Below the pieces are notes generated by a model that saw only the letters and a program-made list of their open reading frames with translations, had not been told where the DNA came from and ran no database searches. Shown piece by piece: positions 26,401 through 38,400 of a stretch of DNA of 64,000 nt (its first letter is position 1; each line of letters starts with the position of its first letter). The position numbers and the translations under genes are program-made. The DNA comes from Auanema rhodensis (Eukaryota > Animalia > Nematoda), in NCBI GenBank assembly GCA_964057225.1, contig OZ059900.1, positions 24,614,001-24,678,000 of the forward strand, written 5' to 3'.

Positions 26401-28608
26401 ATATGAACAAAAATCGATTAAATCAATATTAGCCATAAGGGGCGTGCCCTCAGAATATGCTAATTTCCTTAATTTTCTAACCCCTGTTTTTTTGTCGTGA
26501 AAGTGGAACTAGACGTTGTACAAACAATTTTGAGCTAGGTTTCATTGACATTGCATGAGTTTGAACACATGAAATCGTAAGTCAAAACCTTGTTTACAGC
26601 GAAATTTCCAAAAACTGGTTTTCCAGCATAATAAAATATTTCTCATGGGAAATACTGTGTTTTTGTATTTTTCTAGTGTTCAGCATGTAAAATGCTTCAT
26701 TTTAGTATGTAACACGCTGAAATTCGTTGCATTTGACTACTCATATGAACAAAAATCGATTTAATCAATATTAGCCATAAGGGGCGTGCCCTCAGAATAT
26801 GCTAATTTCCTTAATTTTCTAACCCCTGTTTTTTTGTCGTGAAAGTGGAACTAGACGTTGTACAAACAATTTTGAGCTAGGTTTTATTGACATTGCATGA
26901 GTTTGAACACATGAAATCGTAAGTCAAAACCTTGTTTACAGAGAAATTTCCAAAAACTGGTTTTCCAGCATAATAAAATATTTCTCATGAGAAATACTGT
27001 GTTTTTGTATTTTTCTAGTGTTCAGCATGTAAAATGCTTCATTTTAGTATGTAACACGCTGAAATTCGTGGCATTTGACGACTCATATGAACAAAAATCG
27101 ATTTAATCAATATTAGCCATAAGGGGCGTGCCCTCAGAATATGCTAATTTCCTTAATTTTCTAACCCCTGTTTTTTTGTTTTTTGTATTTTTCTAGTGTT
27201 CAGCATGTAAAATGCTTCATTTTAGTATGTAACACGCTGAAATTCGTTGCATTTGACGACTCATATGAACAAAAATCGATTTAATCAATATTAGCCATAA
27301 GGGGCTTGCCCTCAGAATATGCTAATTTCCTTAATTTTCTAACCCCTGTTTTTTTGTCGTGAAAGTGGAACTAGACGTTGTACGAACAATTTTAAGCTAG
27401 GTTTCATTGACATTGCATGAGTTTGAACACATGAAATCGTAAGTCAAAACCTTGTTTACAGCGAAATTTCCAAAAACTGGTTTTCCAGCATAATAAAATA
27501 TTTCTCATGGGAAATACTGTGTTTTTGTATTTTTCTAGTGTTCAGCATGTAAAATGCTTCATTTTAGTATGTAACACGCTGAAATTCGTTGCATTTGACG
27601 ACTCATATGAACAAAAATCGATTTAATCAATATTAGCCATAAGGGGCTTGCCCTCAGAATATGCTAATTTCCTTAATTTTCTAACCCCTGTTTTTTTGTC
27701 GTGAAAGTGGAACTAGACGTTGTACGAACAATTTTAAGCTAGGTTTCATTGACATTGCATGAGTTTGAACACATGAAATCGTAAGTCAAAACCTTGTTTA
27801 CAGCGAAATTTCCAAAAACTGGTTTTCCAGCATAATAAAATATTTCTCATGGGAAATACTGTGTTTTTGTATTTTTCTAGTGTTCAGCATGTAAAATGCT
27901 TCATTTTAGTATGTAACACGCTGAAATTCGTTGCATTTGACTACTCATATGAACAAAAATCGATTTAATCAATATTAGCCATAAGGGGCGTGCCCTCAGA
28001 ATATGCTAATTTCCTTAATTTTCTAACCCCTGTTTTTTTGTCGTGAAAGTGGAACTAGACGTTGTACAAACAATTTTGAGCTAGGTTTTATTGACATTGC
28101 ATGAGTTTGAACACATGAAATCGTAAGTCAAAACCTTGTTTACAGAGAAATTTCCAAAAACTGGTTTTCCAGCATAATAAAATATTTCTCATGAGAAATA
28201 CTGTGTTTTTGTATTTTTCTAGTGTTCAGCATGTAAAATGCTTCATTTTAGTATGTAACACGCTGAAATTCGTGGCATTTGACGACTCATATGAACAAAA
28301 ATCGATTTAATCAATATTAGCCATAAGGGGCGTGCCCTCAGAATATGCTAATTTCCTTAATTTTCTAACCCCTGTTTTTTTGTTTTTTGTATTTTTCTAG
28401 TGTTCAGCATGTAAAATGCTTCATTTTAGTATGTAACACGCTGAAATTCGTTGCATTTGACGACTCATATGAACAAAAATCGATTTAATCAATATTAGCC
28501 ATAAGGGGCTTGCCCTCAGAATATGCTAATTTCCTTAATTTTCTAACCCCTGTTTTTTTGTCGTGAAAGTGGAACTAGACGTTGTACGAACAATTTTAAG
28601 CTAGGTTT

Positions 28609-28650
28609 CATTGACATTGCATGAGTTTGAGTGTGGCATTTGACGACTCA
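28609..28650. repeat. Unique deletion junction (net -159 bp): positions 1-22 + GT + 184 onward
   Basis: ATGAGTTTGA|GT|GTGGCATTTGACG. Position 184 lies at 28633 rather than the expected 28792. Confidence 0.93.
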
Positions 28651-31600
28651 TATGAACAAAAATCGATTTAATCAATATTAGCCATAAGGGGCGTGCCCTC
28701 AGAATATGCTAATTTCCTTAATTTTCTAACCCCTGTTTTTTTGTTTTTTGTATTTTTCTAGTGTTCAGCATGTAAAATGCTTCATTTTAGTATGTAACAC
28801 GCTGAAATTCGTTGCATTTGACGACTCATATGAACAAAAATCGATTTAATCAATATTAGCCATAAGGGGCTTGCCCTCAGAATATGCTAATTTCCTTAAT
28901 TTTCTAACCCCTGTTTTTTTGTCGTGAAAGTGGAACTAGACGTTGTACGAACAATTTTAAGCTAGGTTTCATTGACATTGCATGAGTTTGAACACATGAA
29001 ATCGTAAGTCAAAACCTTGTTTACAGCGAAATTTCCAAAAACTGGTTTTCCAGCATAATAAAATATTTCTCATGGGAAATACTGTGTTTTTGTATTTTTC
29101 TAGTGTTCAGCATGTAAAATGCTTCATTTTAGTATGTAACACGCTGAAATTCGTTGCATTTGACGACTCATATGAACAAAAATCGATTTAATCAATATTC
29201 GTTGTTTTCGTTGCATTTGACTACTCATATGAACAAAAATCGATTTAATCAATATTAGCCATAAGGGGCGTGCCCTCAGAATATGCTAATTTCCTTAATT
29301 TTCTAACCCCTGTTTTTTTGTCGTGAAAGTGGAACTAGACGTTGTACGAACAATTTTAAGCTAGGTTTCATTGACATTGCATGAGTTTGAACACATGAAA
29401 TCGTAAGTCAAAACCTTGTTTACAGCGAAATTTCCAAAAACTGGTTTTCCAGCATAATAAAATATTTCTCATGGGAAATACTGTGTTTTTGTATTTTTCT
29501 AGTGTTCAGCATGTAAAATGCTTCATTTTAGTATGTAACACGCTGAAATTCGTTGCATTTGACGACTCATATGAACAAAAATCGATTTAATCAATATTCG
29601 TTGTTTTCGTTGCATTTGACTACTCATATGAACAAAAATCGATTTAATCAATATTAGCCATAAGGGGCGTGCCCTCAGAATATGCTAATTTCCTTAATTT
29701 TCTAACCCCTGTTTTTTTGTCGTGAAAGTGGAACTAGACGTTGTACGAACAATTTTAAGCTAGGTTTCATTGACATTGCATGAGTTTGAACACATGAAAT
29801 CGTAAGTCAAAACCTTGTTTACAGCGAAATTTCCAAAAACTGGTTTTCCAGCATAATAAAATATTTCTCATGGGAAATACTGTGTTTTTGTATTTTTCTA
29901 GTGTTCAGCATGTAAAATGCTTCATTTTAGTATGTAACACGCTGAAATTCGTTGCATTTGACTACTCATATGAACAAAAATCGATTTAATCAATATTAGC
30001 CATAAGGGGCGTGCCCTCAGAATATGCTAATTTCCTTAATTTTCTAACCCCTGTTTTTTTGTCGTGAAAGTGGAACTAGACGTTGTACAAACAATTTTGA
30101 GCTAGGTTTTATTGACATTGCATGAGTTTGAACACATGAAATCGTAAGTCAAAACCTTGTTTACAGAGAAATTTCCAAAAACTGGTTTTCCAGCATAATA
30201 AAATATTTCTCATGAGAAATACTGTGTTTTTGTATTTTTCTAGTGTTCAGCATGTAAAATGCTTCATTTTAGTATGTAACACGCTGAAATTCGTGGCATT
30301 TGACGACTCATATGAACAAAAATCGATTTAATCAATATTAGCCATAAGGGGCGTGCCCTCAGAATATGCTAATTTCCTTAATTTTCTAACCCCTGTTTTT
30401 TTGTCGTGAAAGTGGAACTAGACGTTGTACAAACAATTTTGAGCTAGGTTTCATTGACATTGCATGAGTTTGAACACATGAAATCGTAAGTCAAAACCTT
30501 GTTTACAGCGAAATTTCCAAAAACTGGTTTTCCAGCATAATAAAATATTTCTCATGGGAAATACTGTGTTTTTGTATTTTTCTAGTGTTCAGCATGTAAA
30601 ATGCTTCATTTTAGTATGTAACACGCTGAAATTCGTTGCATTTGACTACTCATATGAACAAAAATCGATTTAATCAATATTAGCCATAAGGGGCGTGCCC
30701 TCAGAATATGCTAATTTCCTTAATTTTCTAACCCCTGTTTTTTTGTCGTGAAAGTGGAACTAGACGTTGTACAAACAATTTTGAGCTAGGTTTTATTGAC
30801 ATTGCATGAGTTTGAACACATGAAATCGTAAGTCAAAACCTTGTTTACAGAGAAATTTCCAAAAACTGGTTTTCCAGCATAATAAAATATTTCTCATGAG
30901 AAATACTGTGTTTTTGTATTTTTCTAGTGTTCAGCATGTAAAATGCTTCATTTTAGTATGTAACACGCTGAAATTCGTGGCATTTGACGACTCATATGAA
31001 CAAAAATCGATTTAATCAATATTAGCCATAAGGGGCGTGCCCTCAGAATATGCTAATTTCCTTAATTTTCTAACCCCTGTTTTTTTGTCGTGAAAGTGGA
31101 ACTAGACGTTGTACAAACAATTTTGAGCTAGGTTTCATTGACATTGCATGAGTTTGAACACATGAAATCGTAAGTCAAAACCTTGTTTACAGCGAAATTT
31201 CCAAAAACTGGTTTTCCAGCATAATAAAATATTTCTCATGGGAAATACTGTGTTTTTGTATTTTTCTAGTGTTCAGCATGTAAAATGCTTCATTTTAGTA
31301 TGTAACACGCTGAAATTCGTTGCATTTGACTACTCATATGAACAAAAATCGATTTAATCAATATTAGCCATAAGGGGCGTGCCCTCAGAATATGCTAATT
31401 TCCTTAATTTTCTAACCCCTGTTTTTTTGTCGTGAAAGTGGAACTAGACGTTGTACAAACAATTTTGAGCTAGGTTTCATTGACATTGCATGAGTTTGAA
31501 CACATGAAATCGTAAGTCAAAACCTTGTTTACAGCGAAATTTCCAAAAACTGGTTTTCCAGCATAATAAAATATTTCTCATGAGAAATACTGTGTTTTTG

Positions 31601-34600
31601 TATTTTTCTAGTGTTCAGCATGTAAAATGCTTCATTTTAGTATGTAACACGCTGAAATTCGTTGCATTTGACGACTCATATGAACAAAAATCGATTTAAT
31701 CAATATTAGCCATAAGGGGCGTGCCCTCAGAATATGCTAATTTCCTTAATTTTCTAACCCCTGATTTTTTGTCGTGAAAGTGGAACTAGACGTTGTACGA
31801 ACAATTTTGAGCTAGGTTTCATTGACATTGCATGAGTTTGAACACATGAAATCGTAAGTCAAAACCTTGTTTACAGCGAAATTTCCAAAAACTGGTTTTC
31901 CAGCATAATAAAATATTTCTCATGGGAAATACTGTGTTTTTGTATTTTTCTAGTGTTCAGCATGTAAAATGCTCCATTTTAGTATGTAACACGCTGAAAT
32001 TCGTTGCATTTGACGACTCATATGAACAAAAATCGATTTAATCAATATTAGCCATAAGGGGCGTGCCCTCAGAATATGCTAATTTCCTTAATTTTCTAAC
32101 CCCTGTTTTTTTGTCGTGAAAGTGGAACTAGACGTTGTACGAACAATTTTAAGCTAGGTTTCATTGACATTGCATGAGTTTGAACACATGAAATCGTAAG
32201 TCAAAACCTTGTTTACAGCGAAATTTCCAAAAACTGGTTTTCCAGCATAATAAAATATTTCTCATGGGAAATACTGTGTTTTTGTATTTTTCTAGTGTTC
32301 AGCATGTAAAATGCTTCATTTTAGTATGTAACACGCTGAAATTCGTTGCATTTGACGACTCATATGAACAAAAATCGATTTAATCAATATTCGTTGTTTT
32401 CGTTGCATTTGACTACTCATATGAACAAAAATCGATTTAATCAATATTAGCCATAAGGGGCGTGCCCTCAGAATATGCTAATTTCCTTAATTTTCTAACC
32501 CCTGTTTTTTTGTCGTGAAAGTGGAACTAGACGTTGTACGAACAATTTTGAGCTAGGTTTCATTGACATTGCATGAGTTTGAACACATGAAATCGTAAGT
32601 CAAAACCTTGTTTACAGCGAAATTTCCAAAAACTGGTTTTCCAGCATAATAAAATATTTCTCATGGGAAATACTGTGTTTTTGTATTTTTCTAGTGTTCA
32701 GCATGTAAAATGCTTCATTTTAGTATGTAACACGCTGAAATTCGTTGCATTTGACTACTCATATGAACAAAAATCGATTTAATCAATATTAGCCATAAGG
32801 GGCGTGCCCTCAGAATATGCTAATTTCCTTAATTTTCTAACCCCTGATTTTTTGTCGTGAAAGTGGAACTAGACGTTGTACGAACAATTTTGAGCTAGGT
32901 TTCATTGACATTGCATGAGTTTGAACACATGAAATCGTAAGTCAAAACCTTGTTTACAGCGAAATTTCCAAAAACTGGTTTTCCAGCATAATAAAATATT
33001 TCTCATGGGAAATACTGTGTTTTTGTATTTTTCTAGTGTTCAGCATGTAAAATGCTTCATTTTAGTATGTAACACGCTGAAATTCGTTGCATTTGACGAC
33101 TCATATGAACAAAAATCGATTTAATCAATATTAGCCATAAGGGGCGTGCCCTCAGAATATGCTAATTTCCTTAATTTTCTAACCCCTGATTTTTTGTCGT
33201 GAAAGTGGAACTAGACGTTGTACGAACAATTTTGAGCTAGGTTTCATTGACATTGCATGAGTTTGAACACATGAAATCGTAAGTCAAAACCTTGTTTACA
33301 GCGAAATTTCCAAAAACTGGTTTTCCAGCATAATAAAATATTTCTCATGGGAAATACTGTGTTTTTGTATTTTTCTAGTGTTCAGCATGTAAAATGCTCC
33401 ATTTTAGTATGTAACACGCTGAAATTCGTTGCATTTGACGACTCATATGAACAAAAATCGATTTAATCAATATTAGCCATAAGGGGCGTGCCCTCAGAAT
33501 ATGCTAATTTCCTTAATTTTCTAACCCCTGTTTTTTTGTCGTGAAAGTGGAACTAGACGTTGTACGAACAATTTTAAGCTAGGTTTCATTGACATTGCAT
33601 GAGTTTGAACACATGAAATCGTAAGTCAAAACCTTGTTTACAGCGAAATTTCCAAAAACTGGTTTTCCAGCATAATAAAATATTTCTCATGGGAAATACT
33701 GTGTTTTTGTATTTTTCTAGTGTTCAGCATGTAAAATGCTTCATTTTAGTATGTAACACGCTGAAATTCGTTGCATTTGACGACTCATATGAACAAAAAT
33801 CGATTTAATCAATATTAGCCATAAGGGGCGTGCCCTCAGAATATGCTAATTTCCTTAATTTTCTAACCCCTGTTTTTTTGTCGTGAAAGTGGAACTAGAC
33901 GTTGTACGAACAATTTTGAGCTAGGTTTCATTGACATTGCATGAGTTTGAACACATGAAATCGTAAGTCAAAACCTTGTTTACAGCGAAATTTCCAAAAA
34001 CTGGTTTTCCAGCATAATAAAATATTTCTCATGGGAAATACTGTGTTTTTGTATTTTTCTAGTGTTCAGCATGTAAAATGCTTCATTTTAGTATGTAACA
34101 CGCTGAAATTCGTTGCATTTGACTACTCATATGAACAAAAATCGATTTAATCAATATTAGCCATAAGGGGCGTGCCCTCAGAATATGCTAATTTCCTTAA
34201 TTTTCTAACCCCTGTTTTTTTGTCGTGAAAGTGGAACTAGACGTTGTACAAACAATTTTGAGCTAGGTTTCATTGACATTGCATGAGTTTGAACACATGA
34301 AATCGTAAGTCAAAACCTTGTTTACAGCGAAATTTCCAAAAACTGGTTTTCCAGCATAATAAAATATTTCTCATGGGAAATACTGTGTTTTTGTACTTTT
34401 CTAGTGTTCAGCATGTAAAATGCTTCATTTTAGTATGTAACACGCTGAAATTCGTTGCATTTGACGACTCATATGAACAAAAATCGATTAAATCAATATT
34501 AGCCATAAGGGGCGTGCCCTCAGAATATGCTAATTTCCTTAATTTTCTAACCCCTGTTTTTTTGTCGTGAAAGTGGAACTAGACGTTGTACAAACAATTT

Positions 34601-35474
34601 TGAGCTAGGTTTCATTGACATTGCATGAGTTTGAACACATGAAATCGTAAGTCAAAACCTTGTTTACAGCGAAATTTCCAAAAACTGGTTTTCCAGCATA
34701 ATAAAATATTTCTCATGGGAAATACTGTGTTTTTGTATTTTTCTAGTGTTCAGCATGTAAAATGCTTCATTTTAGTATGTAACACGCTGAAATTCGTTGC
34801 ATTTGACTACTCATATGAACAAAAATCGATTTAATCAATATTAGCCATAAGGGGCGTGCCCTCAGAATATGCTAATTTCCTTAATTTTCTAACCCCTGTT
34901 TTTTTGTCGTGAAAGTGGAACTAGACGTTGTACAAACAATTTTGAGCTAGGTTTTATTGACATTGCATGAGTTTGAACACATGAAATCGTAAGTCAAAAC
35001 CTTGTTTACAGAGAAATTTCCAAAAACTGGTTTTCCAGCATAATAAAATATTTCTCATGAGAAATACTGTGTTTTTGTATTTTTCTAGTGTTCAGCATGT
35101 AAAATGCTTCATTTTAGTATGTAACACGCTGAAATTCGTGGCATTTGACGACTCATATGAACAAAAATCGATTTAATCAATATTAGCCATAAGGGGCGTG
35201 CCCTCAGAATATGCTAATTTCCTTAATTTTCTAACCCCTGTTTTTTTGTTTTTTGTATTTTTCTAGTGTTCAGCATGTAAAATGCTTCATTTTAGTATGT
35301 AACACGCTGAAATTCGTTGCATTTGACGACTCATATGAACAAAAATCGATTTAATCAATATTAGCCATAAGGGGCGTGCCCTCAGAATATGCTAATTTCC
35401 TTAATTTTCTAACCCCTGTTTTTTTGTCGTGAAAGTGGAACTAGACGTTGTACGAACAATTTTGAGCTAGGTTT

Positions 35475-38400
35475 CATTGACATTGCATGAGTTTGAACAC
35501 ATGAAATCGTAAGTCAAAACCTTGTTTACAGCGAAATTTCCAAAAACTGGTTTTCCAGCATAATAAAATATTTCTCATGGGAAATACTGTGTTTTCGTAT
35601 TTTTCTAGTGTTCAGCATGTAAAATGCTTCATTTTAGTATGTAACACGCTGAAATTCGTTGCATTTGACGACTCATATGAACAAAAATCGATTTAATCAA
35701 TATTAGCCATAAGGGGCGTGCCCTCAGAATATGCTAATTTCCTTAATTTTCTAACCCCTGTTTTTTTGTCGTGAAAGTGGAACTAGACGTTGTACGAACA
35801 ATTTTGAGCTAGGTTTCATTGACATTGCATGAGTTTGAACACATGAAATCGTAAGTCAAAACCTTGTTTACAGCGAAATTTCCAAAAACTGGTTTTCCAG
35901 CATAATAAAATATTTCTCATGGGAAATACTGTGTTTTTGTATTTTTCTAGTGTTCAGCATGTAAAATGCTTCATTTTAGTATGTAACACGCTGAAAGTCG
36001 TTGCATTTGACGACTCATATGAACAAAAATCGATTTAATCAATATTAGCCATAAGGGGCGTGCCCTCAGAATATGCTAATTTCCTTAATTTTCTAACCCC
36101 TGTTTTTTTGTTTTTTGTATTTTTCTAGTGTTCAGCATGTAAAATGCTTCATTTTAGTATGTAACACGCTGAAATTCGTTGCATTTGACGACTCATATGA
36201 ACAAAAATCGATTTAATCAATATTAGCCATAAGGGGCGTGCCCTCAGAATATGCTAATTTCCTTAATTTTCTAACCCCTGTTTTTTTGTCGTGAAAGTGG
36301 AACTAGACGTTGTACGAACAATTTTGAGCTAGGTTTCATTGACATTGCATGAGTTTGAACACATGAAATCGTAAGTCAAAACCTTGTTTACAGCGAAATT
36401 TCCAAAAACTGGTTTTCCAGCATAATAAAATATTTCTCATGGGAAATACTGTGTTTTCGTATTTTTCTAGTGTTCAGCATGTAAAATGCTTCATTTTAGT
36501 ATGTAACACGCTGAAATTCGTTGCATTTGACGACTCATATGAACAAAAATCGATTTAATCAATATTAGCCATAAGGGGCGTGCCCTCAGAATATGCTAAT
36601 TTCCTTAATTTTCTAACCCCTGTTTTTTTGTCGTGAAAGTGGAACTAGACGTTGTACGAACAATTTTGAGCTAGGTTTCATTGACATTGCATGAGTTTGA
36701 ACACATGAAATCGTAAGTCAAAACCTTGTTTACAGCGAAATTTCCAAAAACTGGTTTTCCAGCATAATAAAATATTTCTCATGGGAAATACTGTGTTTTT
36801 GTATTTTTCTAGTGTTCAGCATGTAAAATGCTTCATTTTAGTATGTAACACGCTGAAAGTCGTTGCATTTGACGACTCATATGAACAAAAATCGATTTAA
36901 TCAATATTAGCCATAAGGGGCGTGCCCTCAGAATATGCTAATTTCCTTAGTTTTCTAACCCCTGTTTTTTTGTCGTGAAAGTGGAACTAGACGTTGTACG
37001 AACAATTTTGAGCTAGGTTTCATTGACATTGCATGAGTTTGAACACATGAAATCGTAAGTCAAAACCTTGTTTACAGCGAAATTTCCAAAAACTGGTTTT
37101 CCAGCATAATAAAATATTTCTCATGGGAAATACTGTGTTTTTGTATTTTTCTAGGGTTCAGCATGTAAAATGCTTCATTTTAGTATGTAACACGCTGAAA
37201 TTCGTTGCATTTGACGAATCATATGAACAAAAATCGATTTAATCAATATTAGCCATAAGGGGCGTGCCCTCAGAATATGCTAATTTCGTTAATTTTCTAA
37301 CCCCTGTTTTTTTGTCGTGAAAGTGGAACTAGACGTTGTACGAACAATTTTGAGCTAGGTTTCATTGACATTGCATGAGTTTGAACACATGAAATCGTAA
37401 GTCAAAACCTTGTTTACAGCGAAATTTCCAAAAACTGGTTTTCCAGCATAATAAAATATTTCTCATGGGAAATACTGTGTTTTTGTATTTTTCTAGTGTT
37501 CAGCATGTAAAATGCTTCATTTTAGTATGTAACACGCTACAATTCGTTGCATTTGACGACTCATATGAACAAAAATCGATTTAATCAATATTAGCCATAA
37601 GGGGCGTGCCCTCAGAATATGCTAATTTCCTTAATTTTCTAACCCCTGTTTTTTTGTCGTGAAAGTGGAACTAGACGTTGTACGAACAATTTTGAGCTAG
37701 GTTTCATTGACATTGCATGAGTTTGAACACATGAAATCGTAAGTCAAAACCTTGTTTACAGCGAAATTTCCAAAAACTGGTTTTCCAGCATAATAAAATA
37801 TTTCTCATGGGAAATACTGTGTTTTTGTATTTTTCTAGTGTTCAGCATGTAAAATGCTTCATTTTAGTATGTAACACGCTGAAAGTCGTTGCATTTGACG
37901 ACTCATATGAACAAAAATCGATTTAATCAATATTAGCCATAAGGGGCGTGCCCTCAGAATATGCTAATTTCCTTAGTTTTCTAACCCCTGTTTTTTTGTC
38001 GTGAAAGTGGAACTAGACGTTGTACGAACAATTTTGAGCTAGGTTTCATTGACATTGCATGAGTTTGAACACATGAAATCGTAAGTCAAAACCTTGTTTA
38101 CAGCGAAATTTCCAAAAACTGGTTTTCCAGCATAATAAAATATTTCTCATGGGAAATACTGTGTTTTTGTATTTTTCTAGTGTTCAGCATGTAAAATGCT
38201 TCATTTTAGTATGTAACACGCTGAAATTCGTTGCATTTGACGAATCATATGAACAAAAATCGATTTAATCAATATTAGCCATAAGGGGCGTGCCCTCAGA
38301 ATATGCTAATTTCCTTAATTTTCTAACCCCTGTTTTTTTGTCGTGAAAGTGGAACTAGACGTTGTACGAACAATTTTGAGCTAGGTTTCATTGACATTGC

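Larger units (their letters stand above)
12342..35474. repeat. Array domain B (markers G322A, G196T, G106A, G332A, T155C, +57 and -164 variants)
   Basis: TTGTACAAAC, GACTAC, ATGAGA and TTTTAAGCT are concentrated here and rare or absent elsewhere. All nine +57 and five of six -164 junctions fall here. Confidence 0.85.

Noticed and set aside
11919-34570. Seven 65-aa ORFs as protein-coding genes
   Set aside because: They are satellite monomers with one stop-loss base. The other ~180 copies have an in-frame TAA and I recognise no domain.
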